Made by a program: the position numbers and the translations under genes. Of a stretch of 64,000 nucleotides of DNA, positions 37,088 to 48,098 are shown one piece after another; the first letter of the stretch is position 1, and each line of letters starts with the position of its first letter. Origin of the DNA: Actinomycetota bacterium. Its GTDB lineage: Bacteria; Actinomycetota; Acidimicrobiia; IMCC26256; PALSA-555. The stretch is from positions 57,574-121,573 of the forward strand of contig VGBR01000001.1 in the NCBI GenBank assembly GCA_016870355.1, in the 5' to 3' direction. Below the pieces are notes generated by a model. It ran no database searches, was not told the origin of the DNA, and was given only the letters and a program-made list of their open reading frames with translations.

Positions 37088-37774
37088 TCAGTGCAGCGTG
37101 CGCGTCTGTCCGAAGCGGTAGCCGACAGAGCGCACGGTCTGGATCAGGTTGGCGTGCTCTTCACCGAGCTTGGCGCGCAGGCGTCGTACGTGGACGTCGA
37201 CCGTGCGTGCACCGCCGTAGTACTCGTAGCCCCACACGCGTGACAGCAGCTGCTCGCGGGTGAACACCTTCTGCGGGTGCGTCGCGAGGAACTTCAGCAG
37301 CTCGTACTCCATGAACGTGAGGTCGAGCGGCCTGCCTGACAACGCGGCCTGGTAGGTCTCGAGGTTCAGCACCAGGTCGCCGTACTCGACGATCTCGGGG
37401 TGCGTGCCGCGGCCGGTGCGCCACAACAGGTGACGCAAGCGCGCTTCGAGCTCCTTGGGGTGGAACGGCGACAGGCAGAACTCATCGAACAGGTCTTCAC
37501 GCAGCTCCAGCTCGCCGAGCTGCGCGCCCGTCACGAGGAGCAGCACCGGTGCCAGCACACCGTCGCGCTTGCGCAGCGACCGGCACATCGAGAACGCGCC
37601 CTCGGGATCGTCGTCGGCCACGATCAGCGCGCCGCCCCACCCGTCCGCCGGCTCTTGCGCCGCGGCAACCGACGCGTTCGCGACGGCCTTCCACGGGTGA
37701 CCGGACAGGTCGAGCGTCTGGGCTAGCAGCGGTGGCGGGGGGTCCGGGTAGACCAGCAGCGCTGCGTTCGTCAT
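37088..37774 (-). CDS. glnR: OmpR/PhoB-type orphan response regulator with atypical receiver (GlnR-like)
   Basis: C-terminal winged helix LT.MEYELLKFLATHP..VFTREQLL..VWGYEYYGG.RTVDVHVRRLRAKLG. The receiver domain is degenerate and no kinase gene is adjacent. It lies 4 nt downstream of the glnA2 stop. ATG 37774 preferred over TTG 37792. Confidence 0.7.
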   Translation of the reverse strand: MTNAALLVYPDPPPPLLAQTLDLSGHPWKAVANASVAAAQEPADGWGGALIVADDDPEGAFSMCRSLRKRDGVLAPVLLLVTGAQLGELELREDLFDEFCLSPFHPKELEARLRHLLWRTGRGTHPEIVEYGDLVLNLETYQAALSGRPLDLTFMEYELLKFLATHPQKVFTREQLLSRVWGYEYYGGARTVDVHVRRLRAKLGEEHANLIQTVRSVGYRFGQTRTLH

Positions 37775-37778
37775 CGGG

Positions 37779-39104
37779 TCACAACGACCCAAGGTAGCGG
37801 TCGATCTCCCAGGGCGTCACTTGGGTTCGGTACTCGGCCCATTCGTCGCGCTTGTTGCGGATGAAGTAGCCGAAGACGTGCTCGCCGAGTGCCTCCGCGA
37901 CCAGATCGGAGCCCTCCATCACGTCGATCGCCTCGCCGAGTGATTGCGGCAGCGCCGCGATCCCTTCGGCCGCGCGCTCCTCGGGCGTGAGCTCGAAGAT
38001 GTTGTTCGTGGCTTCTGGCGCGAGGTCGTACCCCTCTTCCACACCCTTGAGCCCGGCGGCGAGGATCACCGAGAACGCGAGGTACGGGTTGCACGCGGGG
38101 TCTGGCGAGCGAAACTCGATGCGCGTCGAGCTCTTCTTGCCCTTCTTGTGCAGCGGAACGCGCACGAGCGCGGAACGGTTGTTGCGTGCCCAGCACACGT
38201 AGACCGGCGCTTCGTAGCGATGGCTCAAACGCTTGTACGAGTTGACCCATTGGTTCGTGACCGCGGTGATCTCGCGTGCGTGCATGAGCAGGCCGGCGAT
38301 GAAGTGCTTGCCGACCTTCGACAGGCCGTACTCGTCGCCGGGATCGTGGAACGCGTTGACATCGCCCTCGAACAACGACAGGTGCGTGTGCATCCCCGAG
38401 CCGAACTCGCCACCGAGCGGCTTGGGCATGAACGTGGCGTGCACACCGAGATCGTGCGCGACCTTGCGCACGATGTGGCGGAAGGTCATCACGTTGTCGG
38501 CCATCGTGAGCGCGTCGGTGTAGCGAAGGTCGATCTCGTGCTGGCTCGGACCAAGCTCGTGGTGGCTGTACTCGACGGGGATGCCCATTGCCTCGAGGTT
38601 GAGGATCGTGTTCTTGCGCAGGTTCGACACGCTGTCGCCGTGCGTGAGATCGAAGAACCCGGCTTGGTCGAGCGGCTCGGGCTCGTGCGCGTTCTGGAAG
38701 TAGAAGAACTCCATCTCGGGCCCGGCATAGAACGTGAAGCCGCGCTCACGCGCCCGTTCGAGGTTGCGCTTGAGCACGAAGCGCGGGTCGCCGTCGAACG
38801 GCTCCGTGGTGATGTGGTGCACGTCGCAGAAGATCCGCGCCGTGGGGGCGTCCTCGTCGTGCCACGGGACGATCTCGAAGGTGCTGGCGTCCGGCATCAG
38901 GAGCATGTCGGACTCCTGGACCCGGCTGTAGCCCTCGATCGCCGACCCGTCGAAGGTCATGCCTTCCTCGAGCGCCACCTCGATCTCGGCTGGCGTGACC
39001 TCGAAGCTCTTGAGGAACCCGAGGACGTCGGTGAACCAGAGCCGCACGAAGCGGACCCCGCGCTCCTCGACGGTCCGCAGCACGTAGTCCGACTGCGCCT
39101 GCAT
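37779..39104 (-). CDS. glnA: Glutamine synthetase, GlnA2-like type I
   Basis: 441 aa from ATG 39104, with a GAGGAGGTG RBS upstream. VRFVRLWFTDVLG, FDGSAIEG, and catalytic-domain motifs GSGMHTHLSLF, NSYKRL and RIEFRSPD. Confidence 0.9.
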   Translation of the reverse strand: MQAQSDYVLRTVEERGVRFVRLWFTDVLGFLKSFEVTPAEIEVALEEGMTFDGSAIEGYSRVQESDMLLMPDASTFEIVPWHDEDAPTARIFCDVHHITTEPFDGDPRFVLKRNLERARERGFTFYAGPEMEFFYFQNAHEPEPLDQAGFFDLTHGDSVSNLRKNTILNLEAMGIPVEYSHHELGPSQHEIDLRYTDALTMADNVMTFRHIVRKVAHDLGVHATFMPKPLGGEFGSGMHTHLSLFEGDVNAFHDPGDEYGLSKVGKHFIAGLLMHAREITAVTNQWVNSYKRLSHRYEAPVYVCWARNNRSALVRVPLHKKGKKSSTRIEFRSPDPACNPYLAFSVILAAGLKGVEEGYDLAPEATNNIFELTPEERAAEGIAALPQSLGEAIDVMEGSDLVAEALGEHVFGYFIRNKRDEWAEYRTQVTPWEIDRYLGSL

Positions 39105-39328
39105 AGGGTCCACCTCCTCTGGTCGCCCTCGCAAGCTTCGGGCTCCCGCAGTGCAGCGGTCGGCGAGGCCGCCGCTGTACTGCCAGTGTGACAGGTGAGG
39201 CCAATCGTTCTGCGAGCCGAAATGCAGGCCAGAGCGAGCGGCCGCGCCTGCAGGGGTGTTGCGGCGCAACGAGCGTTCGCCGAATTGGAGGGGAGCGGTC
39301 CGGCGCGAAGCGCCGAGAGCGGGGAGGC

Positions 39329-39379
39329 GTTCACACGCCGTTCACAGTCGGGCAACGGGAGGGAAACCGCCGATGTGAC
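39329..39379 (+). promoter_or_regulatory. GlnR/PhoP-box-like direct repeats upstream of glnA1
   Basis: GTTCAC (39329) and GTTCAC (39340) lie 11 nt apart. They are followed by GCAAC (39352), GAAAC (39363) and GTGAC (39375) at 6-7 nt spacings. This resembles the gTnAc-n6-GaAAc GlnR sites and 11-nt GTTCACC PHO repeat units described in Streptomyces. Confidence 0.4.
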
Positions 39380-39425
39380 AGGCTCCTTCGCGTTCAGATC
39401 CGAGAGAGGAAAGAAGGGACCACCA

Positions 39426-40861
<1,436 letters not shown>

Positions 40862-40862
<1 letters not shown>

Positions 40863-40950
40863 GGCGGGAGGGCAGGCCCTCCCCGCCTGCCCCTCCCGGC
40901 GTCCAGTCGGGTGGTGGCGAGGTAGTTGAGGGGCGGCAAAGCCGCCCCTC
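40862..40950 (-). repeat. Bipartite hairpin repeat, copy B (inverted relative to copy A)
   Basis: Module 2 lies at 40861-40898 and module 1, GAGGGGCGGC AAA GCCGCCCCTC, at 40928-40950. The spacer length is close to copy A's (29 vs 30 nt) but its sequence is unrelated. Outer stem bases differ from copy A in a compensatory way. Confidence 0.75.
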
Positions 40951-40986
40951 TTCGAACCTGTGGCTTCGTGTTCGGCGAAGAGCTGA

Positions 40987-41565
40987 CTACTTCGTGGGGG
41001 CGTTCTTTGCTGCTTGTTTCGCCAACTTGGTCAAGGCCTTTTGGTCGGCCTTCGGTGGTTCGGTGGGCGTGGAGCCTGGTTGCCACTGGATCGCGATGAG
41101 CATCTTCTTGGTCTGAATGACGATCGTGCCGGTCGTGAGGTTCAGGTAGGCATCCTTGCCGACGCCATTCACATCGACGAGCTCGTACTCACTCAGCTGG
41201 TCGACGGCGCGCTGGTCGCTGAACGCCCCTTTGGGGGTGTCCTGGGTCTGTGAGAACAATGGGAAGAGCTGCGCGACGGTCACGATCCCGCCGGGCGGCT
41301 CGAGGACGTTGCCCACGTGGAAGTCACAGAGCGAGAACGTCTCGTCGAAGACGGGCTCGGCGACGGGACCACCGAATGCCTTCTCGACCTGCGCGACGGA
41401 CACCAAGGTGCACGGCTGATCAATCTCACGCTTCGCGGCGGCGGCCGCACTGATGGCTGACGCCGAGGTCGTGACGGCCAACACCACGGTTACCAAGAGC
41501 AGCGAGCGACGCACGGGACCTCCAAGAGCGGGGCACCAATGTAACCGTCGGACCCTCGGATCCAC
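40987..41565 (-). CDS. Secreted hypothetical protein
   Basis: 192-aa ORF with a signal peptide (RRSLLLVTVVLAVTTSASAISAA) and two Cys. No family recognised with confidence. Confidence 0.55.
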   Translation of the reverse strand: MDPRVRRLHWCPALGGPVRRSLLLVTVVLAVTTSASAISAAAAAKREIDQPCTLVSVAQVEKAFGGPVAEPVFDETFSLCDFHVGNVLEPPGGIVTVAQLFPLFSQTQDTPKGAFSDQRAVDQLSEYELVDVNGVGKDAYLNLTTGTIVIQTKKMLIAIQWQPGSTPTEPPKADQKALTKLAKQAAKNAPTK

Positions 41566-41583
41566 CGCGCGCGGTTCGAGCGG

Positions 41584-44364
41584 TCACTCGTCGTTGCCGT
41601 AGAACACCCGCTCTACGACGCGACGCGCCTGGCGCGTCAAGCGGCGGTATTCCTCGCGCAGCTCCATCTCGGGGCGATGCGTGTAGCCGAGCAGTCGCGC
41701 GATGCGCGCCGCGGGAGGTCCCGTAGGCAGGGCATCTCCCGGCGTGCCCACCACGAGATAGCGAGCGTTCCGCGCTCGCTCGCAGAACCGATATGCCTCC
41801 GACAACACCTGCACATCGCCAGCGTCGAGGATCGCCGCCGCGCCCAGGCGGTCGAGTGCCTGCATGGTCGAAGCAGCCCGGATCTCGGGCCGCGTCGCGC
41901 CGTGTTGGAGTTGGAGCAGCTGCACAGTGAACTCCACATCGGTGAGCGCGCCCTTCCCGAGCTTGAGATGGAACTCGGGATCCTCGCCGGGAGGGATGCG
42001 CTCGCGCTCCACACGAGCCTTGATGCGCCGGACCTCCCGTGCGTCGTCCTCCGGGAATGGGTCGCGATACACGAACGGTTCGACGAGATCGATGAAGCGC
42101 GCGGCGAGATCCATGTCACCGGCGACGGGTCGCGCGCGTAGCAGTGATTGAAGCTCCCAAGGCAGCACCCACTGCTCGTAGTACTGACGGAAGCCATCGA
42201 GCGATCGGGCGAGGACGCCGTGCTTCCCTTCGGGGCGGAGGTTGGCGTCGATGCGGAAGGCCTGTCCTTCGGCGGTCGTTGCGCCGATCTCGGCCATGAG
42301 TGCAGTGGCGATCGCCTCAGCAGTAGCGAAGTCGTCCGAGCTCGAGCCGTCGTAGACGAAGAGCACGTCGATGTCGGACGCGTACGAGAGCTCGCTGCCT
42401 CCCAGCCGACCCATGCCCATGACGGCGAACGGCAATGCCGGTTCCAATGCCTGGAGGCTTGCTTGCACACACGCGTCGGCAAGGTCGGCCAGCTCACGCG
42501 CGGCAGTCTCAATCGGCGAGAGACCGACGAGGTCACGCGAGGCGATGCGAAGCAGCTCGCGCCGCTTGAATCGACGCAGGCCCGACCGGCGCGCCTCGGC
42601 GTCCGCGCGCCAGCCGAGCGTCTCGAGCGCGGTGCCCGTCAGCTCGTCGGGATCGCGCGGTCGCCCCAACCAGTCGTCATCACCGAGCAGCTCAACGACC
42701 TCGGGTTGGCGCAGCAACGCGTCACCGATGAGACGGCTCGATCCGATGATCCGGCAGACGCGCTCTGCTGCGCCCGGATGTTCACGGAAGGTAAGAGCGA
42801 GCGCACGTGCTTGCGTCGGTCCCTCCGCGAGCCGCCGCAGCTGGAGCAATCCCAGATCGGGATCAGGCGACTCCGAGAGCCAATCGAGCACGACCGGGAG
42901 AAGCTGCTGCATCACGCGCGACCGGCGGGTCAGGCCTTGGGTGAGGTCTCGCAAGGCGGCCCGCGTGTGCGCGGCGTCTCCGAACCCGAAGGCCGCCAAT
43001 CGTTCCACGGCCGCTTCGGAGGGCAGCGGGCCGGCTCCGGCCAACGCGTCGAGGATCGGCGCGAAGAACAACCGCTCATGGATCGACCGAACGGTGGTCT
43101 GGTGTGTGCGGTGGTCAACCTCGAACAGCTCGACCGCGCTCTGGCGTGGCGAATCTCGATAGCCGAGGACACGAGCGAGCCGCTGCCGGCTGGTGTCATC
43201 GGTTGGCAAGGTGTGCGTCTGCTGCTCGTCCCAGAGCTGAAGTCGGTGCTCGACCGTGCGCAGGTACACGTACGCATCCGAGAGCCGGTGCGCGTCAGCA
43301 GGCTCGATGTAGCCCGCGGCCGCGAGCTGGCGGAGGGCGTCGAGCGTGGTTGCCGAACGGATGGCGCCGTCGTGGCGCCCATGCACGCGCTGGAGCAGCT
43401 GCACCGCGAACTCGATGTCGCGGATGCCACCCGGTCCGCGCTTGAGCTCGCGTTCGTCGATGCCTTTGCGCCGCAGCTCTGCTTCGGAGCGCGCCTTCAT
43501 GGCTCGCGCTTCACGCACTGCGTCGGGGTCCAGCACGTCCGGCCACACGAACGGCTGCGCCATCTGGAGGTGTCGGTCTCCGAGCTCGCGGTCGCCGGCC
43601 ACGACCCGCGCTTTGATGAGCGCCTGGAACTCCCACGGGCGCGCCCAGCGCGAGTACCAGGTCTCGTAGCTCTCGAGGTTGCGCGAGATCGCGCCCGCAG
43701 CGCCCTCGGGTCGGAGGTCGGCATCGGTTCGGAACACAAGGCCGTCAGCGGTGGGGGTGGACATCGTGCTGAGCACGGAGCGCGCCACGCGCTCGGCCTC
43801 AGTGAGCGCGCCGTCGTGAACGAACAGGACGTCGACGTCGCTCGCGTAGTTGAGTTCGACACCGCCGAGCTTGCCCATGCCGATGATTGCGAACGGCGCA
43901 GTCGGTGCGGCGATGTGCAGCGCTTCACCGAGGCACACCTCGGCCAGTGCCGCGAGCTCGCGACCAACCGCGGGCATGTCGGCGATCCCGAGGAGGTCGC
44001 GCACAGCGATGCGGAGGTACTCCCTTCGCTTCCAGTAGCGCAGGCGTCGTGCGGGATCCTCCTCGGACGGCATGGTCGCCAAAGATTCCGCGTAGCTCTC
44101 GACCTCGCGCTCGGAGCTCACCGCGTCACCCTGCAAGGCCTCCAACAGCGACGCGTCCGCGACGACCGCAGTGGTCAACGAGCGGGACGCACACCCGATC
44201 GCGATGAGACCGTCGCGAAGGACCGCGTTGGTCTCCAACAAGGCGATGACGTCGGGGTGTGCGTCGACGACGCGCTCGAGTACCGCTCGTGCGACGACGG
44301 CATCGGGCGACTGCTCGAGCGCGGACTCGAGTGCCGGAGTGTCGAGCACCGACGTCGTCGCCAC
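41584..44364 (-). CDS. glnE: Bifunctional glutamine synthetase adenylyltransferase/adenylyl-removing enzyme GlnE
   Basis: Two nucleotidyltransferase halves (GMGKLGGVELNYASDVDVLFV and GMGRLGGSELSYASDIDVLFV). GTG start at 44364 preferred. The track's first 75 codons have non-coding composition and would overlap the divergent glycine-rich gene. Confidence 0.9.
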   Translation of the reverse strand: MATTSVLDTPALESALEQSPDAVVARAVLERVVDAHPDVIALLETNAVLRDGLIAIGCASRSLTTAVVADASLLEALQGDAVSSEREVESYAESLATMPSEEDPARRLRYWKRREYLRIAVRDLLGIADMPAVGRELAALAEVCLGEALHIAAPTAPFAIIGMGKLGGVELNYASDVDVLFVHDGALTEAERVARSVLSTMSTPTADGLVFRTDADLRPEGAAGAISRNLESYETWYSRWARPWEFQALIKARVVAGDRELGDRHLQMAQPFVWPDVLDPDAVREARAMKARSEAELRRKGIDERELKRGPGGIRDIEFAVQLLQRVHGRHDGAIRSATTLDALRQLAAAGYIEPADAHRLSDAYVYLRTVEHRLQLWDEQQTHTLPTDDTSRQRLARVLGYRDSPRQSAVELFEVDHRTHQTTVRSIHERLFFAPILDALAGAGPLPSEAAVERLAAFGFGDAAHTRAALRDLTQGLTRRSRVMQQLLPVVLDWLSESPDPDLGLLQLRRLAEGPTQARALALTFREHPGAAERVCRIIGSSRLIGDALLRQPEVVELLGDDDWLGRPRDPDELTGTALETLGWRADAEARRSGLRRFKRRELLRIASRDLVGLSPIETAARELADLADACVQASLQALEPALPFAVMGMGRLGGSELSYASDIDVLFVYDGSSSDDFATAEAIATALMAEIGATTAEGQAFRIDANLRPEGKHGVLARSLDGFRQYYEQWVLPWELQSLLRARPVAGDMDLAARFIDLVEPFVYRDPFPEDDAREVRRIKARVERERIPPGEDPEFHLKLGKGALTDVEFTVQLLQLQHGATRPEIRAASTMQALDRLGAAAILDAGDVQVLSEAYRFCERARNARYLVVGTPGDALPTGPPAARIARLLGYTHRPEMELREEYRRLTRQARRVVERVFYGNDE

Positions 44365-44412
44365 CGATCCAGTGTCGCATCGACGCGAGCCCGCTTCGGC
44401 TGGAGACCTTCC

Positions 44413-45338
44413 GTGCGGGCTCGGGCGGCGGCGCTGCTGTGTTCGGTGATCCTGATCGCGGGTGCACTCGCGCTCAGTGGTGGGAGCCAGATCGGCGCCG
44501 TGCCGGTGAACACTCCGTTCTTGGCCAACGGCACGTATCCGGTGCCGGCCGACGTCTGCTCGATCTCGGTCGTGGCCATCGGCGCGCAAGGCGGCGCGTG
44601 CGCGCCTGATGGCCCGAACGGAGATGGCGCGTCGTGGCCACCGTGAGCGTGACGCCCGGCGAGACGCTCACGGTCGTCGTCGGGACCGCCGGCGGCGCCG
44701 GGGTCGGCAACGTGCCCGGAACGGCCGGGGTGCCTGGCGGAGGCGCAGGCGGAAGCGGAGTGTTCGCGGGCGGTGGCGGCGGTGGTCTGTCGAGCGTGTC
44801 GCGTGGCGCAACCGCGCTGGTCGTCGCGGCGGGAGGCGGCGGCGGTGGCGGCGGTGGCCAAACCGGCAGCGCGAAGGGCGACGGCGGCGCGGGCGGTCAG
44901 ACGGGCGACGATGGCCTCGACGGTGATGGCACCGCGCCACCGGGCGGTGGCACGCTCGGCGCCGGAGGGTTGTCTGGCGGCAACGGCGGGACGGGCGGCG
45001 GCCCCGGTGGCGCGGGTGGGACCGGTGTCACAGGAACGGCCGGAACTGGCGGCACCAGCGGAACCTCGGCGAACAACCAGGCCGGCGGGGGTGGTGGCGG
45101 CGGCGCAACCGGTGGCGGTGGCGGCGGAGGGTCTGCGACTCCCGGTGGCTCCAACGGCGGCGGCGGTGGCGGCGGTTCCAGCACGGGTCCGGCTGGCGCG
45201 GTGTTCACGACCGGGATCGTCGGCCAGATGACGAACGACGGTCTGGTCAACATCACGGCAGACGCCGCTGCGGGAACATGTCCCGCGTCGACGCCGGCCA
45301 CGCCGGTCGAGGCCGACCCCGCTTCGCTCACCGGCTGA
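44413..45338 (+). pseudogene. Secreted glycine-rich protein, reading frame interrupted near 44630
   Basis: The GTG at 44413 gives the signal peptide RARAAALLCSVILIAGALALSGG, then NGTYPVPADVCSISVVAIGAQGG, ending at TGA 44644. The sequence continues logically in the -1 frame from 44634 (ATVSVTPGETLTVVVGTAGG... then long poly-Gly tracts). Inserting one G in TCGTGGCC (to TCGGTGGCC) would fuse the two parts. Confidence 0.6.
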
Positions 45339-45376
45339 CCGACAGCGAGCACCGGGGCCGCTCGTATCCTGGTGAC

Positions 45377-47086
45377 GTGGCTCGACTTCGCGTGGGTGCC
45401 GCGCAGCTCAACCTTGTCGTCGGTGATCTCGACGGCAACGTGGCGCGCATCCTCGAGGCCTACGACCACGGCGAACGTGAGGGGTGCGACGTCATCGCGT
45501 TTCCCGAGCTCGCGATCACCGGGTATCCACCGGAAGACCTCCTGCTCCGCCCCGCGTTTGTGGCACAGGCGGTCGAAGCGGTCGACAAGGTCGCGGCTCG
45601 CACGGGCCGGGCGGCGGCGATCGTCGGCTTCCCGCAGCCCGACAGCGACCTCTACAACGCGGCCGCCGTCTGCGCGGGCGGGTCGGTGCTCGGCGTGTAC
45701 CGCAAGCACTTGCTCCCGAACTACGCCGTCTTCGACGAGGAGCGCTACTTCGAGCCTTGGAAGGAAGACGGGCCGCTCTTCGTGATCGGTGGTGTGCGCG
45801 TCGCCGTCACGATCTGCGAAGACGCCTGGAGCCCATCGGGGCCGATCCTCACTCAGACCAATGCCGGTGCCGAGCTCGTCATCAACATCAATGCGTCGCC
45901 GTACTACGCCGGCCGATGGCGCGAGCGCGAGACGATGCTGGCGACACGGGCCGCGGACGCTTCCGTGCCGCTCGTGTACCTCAATCTCGTCGGCGGCCAG
46001 GACGAGCTCGTCTTCGACGGAACCTCGATGGTGTTCGACGAGGGTGGCCATCTCCTCGCACGCGGGAAGCAGCTCGAAGAGGACTTCCTCATCGTCGACC
46101 TGGAGGTGCGCCCGGCGTTCCGTCGGCGCGCGCTCGATCCGCGCGGTCGCATCCGCGGGGCGCGCCTGCCCGAGATCGCGGTGAGCGACGCACAGATCTC
46201 TGATCGTGCAGTCACACCACGGATGGAATCAACCCTCGAACCGGTGCACGAGGTGTACGAGGCGCTCGTGCTCGGCACGCGCGACTACGTGCGCAAGAAC
46301 GGCTTCACCGACGTGCTCATCGGGCTGTCGGGTGGCATCGACTCCTCGCTCGTCGCGGCCATCGCCGCGGACGCGCTCGGCCCCGAGCACGTGACCGGCG
46401 TGCTCATGCCGTCGCGCTTCTCGAGCCAGGGGAGTGTCACTGACTCGGAGACGCTCGTCGAGAACCTCGGGATCAAGTCGCTCAAGATCCCGATCGAAGC
46501 GGCCCACACCGCGTTCCTCGACATGCTCGCGGAGCCATTCGCTGGCACGGACACCGGCACCGCCGAGGAGAACCTGCAAGCGCGCATCCGAGGCACCGTG
46601 CTCATGACGCTTTCGAACAAGTTCGGCTCGATGGTGTTGACGACGGGCAACAAGAGCGAGCTCGCGACGGGCTACGCCACGTTGTATGGCGACATGGCCG
46701 GCGGGTACGCCGTCCTCAAGGACGTGCCGAAGACGCTCGTGTACGCGCTCTCGCGCGATCGCAACGACCGCGCGGGGAAAGCACTGATCCCGGAGTCGGT
46801 GCTCGACAAGCCGCCGAGCGCAGAGCTCCGTCCCGACCAGAAGGACTCTGATTCGCTGCCGCCGTACGATGTGCTCGACCCGATCATCGAGGGCTACGTC
46901 GAACAGGACCAGTCAGTGGCTGACCTGTTGGCGGCCGGGCACAACTCGGAGACCGTGCGCCGCGTCGCATCGCTGATTGATCGCAACGAGTACAAGCGCC
47001 GCCAAGCGCCACCCGGTGTGCGCGTGTCACCCAAGGCATTCGGCAAGGACCGCAGGCTCCCCATCACGAATCGCTGGCCCGGCTAG
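45377..47086 (+). CDS. nadE: Glutamine-dependent NAD+ synthetase
   Basis: N-terminal CN-hydrolase domain (RVGAAQLN..VGDL, ICEDAW) plus a synthetase domain (GLSGGIDSS, TGNKSELA.GY.TLYGD). GTG start at 45377. Confidence 0.9.
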   Translation: MARLRVGAAQLNLVVGDLDGNVARILEAYDHGEREGCDVIAFPELAITGYPPEDLLLRPAFVAQAVEAVDKVAARTGRAAAIVGFPQPDSDLYNAAAVCAGGSVLGVYRKHLLPNYAVFDEERYFEPWKEDGPLFVIGGVRVAVTICEDAWSPSGPILTQTNAGAELVININASPYYAGRWRERETMLATRAADASVPLVYLNLVGGQDELVFDGTSMVFDEGGHLLARGKQLEEDFLIVDLEVRPAFRRRALDPRGRIRGARLPEIAVSDAQISDRAVTPRMESTLEPVHEVYEALVLGTRDYVRKNGFTDVLIGLSGGIDSSLVAAIAADALGPEHVTGVLMPSRFSSQGSVTDSETLVENLGIKSLKIPIEAAHTAFLDMLAEPFAGTDTGTAEENLQARIRGTVLMTLSNKFGSMVLTTGNKSELATGYATLYGDMAGGYAVLKDVPKTLVYALSRDRNDRAGKALIPESVLDKPPSAELRPDQKDSDSLPPYDVLDPIIEGYVEQDQSVADLLAAGHNSETVRRVASLIDRNEYKRRQAPPGVRVSPKAFGKDRRLPITNRWPG

Positions 47087-47089
47087 CGC

Positions 47090-47983
47090 GTGCGCAAGTA
47101 CCTCCCGGAGGCGGCGCTCGTCCTCGCCGCATTCTTCTTCGGTGTCACGTTCCCGCTCGTCGCCAACGCGCTCGACGACGCGGAGCCGTTCGCGTACCTG
47201 TTGATCCGGTTCGCCATCGCCGTGCTGGTGCTCGGTCCGTTCGCGCTGGTGATCGCTCGACGTGGCAGCGTGGCGGAGCGCCGCCTGCTCACCCGCGTCG
47301 GACTGCTTGCGGGCGTGTTGCTGGTGGGTGGTTACGCGACGCAGACGATCGGACTCGAGACCGCGTCGCCGTCGACGTCTGCCTTCATCACCGGTCTGTA
47401 CGTCGTGTTCACGCCGCTCGTCGAGGGTGCGCTGCATCGCAAGTCGCCACCGAAGGGGGTGCTCGTCGGCATCGCACTCGCGACGGTTGGGCTGTACATG
47501 CTGACTGGCGCCGACTTCGAGTTCGGCGCCGGCGAGCTCTGGACACTGGCGTGCGCGGTGCTCTTCGCGATCTGGATCGTCTACCAGGGCGAGTACGCGA
47601 AGCAGGTGCATCCGATCCCTTTCACGACTGTCCAGATGATCGTGGTCGTGGTGCTCTGCGTGCCTGGCACCGCGGCGCAGGGCGTCGGCGATCTCACCGG
47701 GCTCGCAGTGTTCGCGGCCGCGTTCACCGGCATCGCGTGCTCGTCGGTCGCGCTCTCGCTCCAGGTGTACGGACAGCGACACATCGCCGCGAGCCGCGCC
47801 GCGCTCATCCTGCTGACCGAACCCGTCTTCGCGGCGATCGCGGGTTACGTGGACGGCGAGCGCCTCGGGAGCGTCGAGCTCGGAGGTGCGGCGGTCATCC
47901 TGCTCGGCATCACCATCGCCGAGCTCGGACCCGGCCGCGAGCAGATCCCCCGTCCCGAGCTCGTTGAGCCGCACCCGTTCTGA
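47090..47983 (+). CDS. DMT-superfamily (EamA-like) transporter
   Basis: 297 aa with about ten TM helices and two EamA-like halves. GTG start 4 nt after the nadE stop. Confidence 0.85.
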   Translation: MRKYLPEAALVLAAFFFGVTFPLVANALDDAEPFAYLLIRFAIAVLVLGPFALVIARRGSVAERRLLTRVGLLAGVLLVGGYATQTIGLETASPSTSAFITGLYVVFTPLVEGALHRKSPPKGVLVGIALATVGLYMLTGADFEFGAGELWTLACAVLFAIWIVYQGEYAKQVHPIPFTTVQMIVVVVLCVPGTAAQGVGDLTGLAVFAAAFTGIACSSVALSLQVYGQRHIAASRAALILLTEPVFAAIAGYVDGERLGSVELGGAAVILLGITIAELGPGREQIPRPELVEPHPF

Positions 47984-48098
47984 TCTCCTCGATGTGTCGC
48001 TCGCTGCGAGTCGGGATACCCGACTCGCGGGCGTTCGCTCCTGGGCGAGCGCCTCCGCTTCGCTTTGGCGCCGCGCGCGACACGAGTAGCCTGGATTC

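Noticed and set aside
42148-44646. An 832-aa + strand ORF. Similar very long ORFs include 9839..11650 (-), 44897..46051 (-), 47027..48223 (-), 28078..29253 (+) and 37944..39191 (+).
   Set aside because: They lie antisense to genes with clear family signatures (glnE, pccB and the metallophosphoesterase, nadE, EamA, selA/selB, glnA2). They have Arg/Pro/Gly/Asp-rich composition typical of off-frame translation of ~70% GC DNA. Only the last ~77 codons of 42148..44646 (from GTG 44413) look like genuine coding, and they are called as part of the glycine-rich gene.
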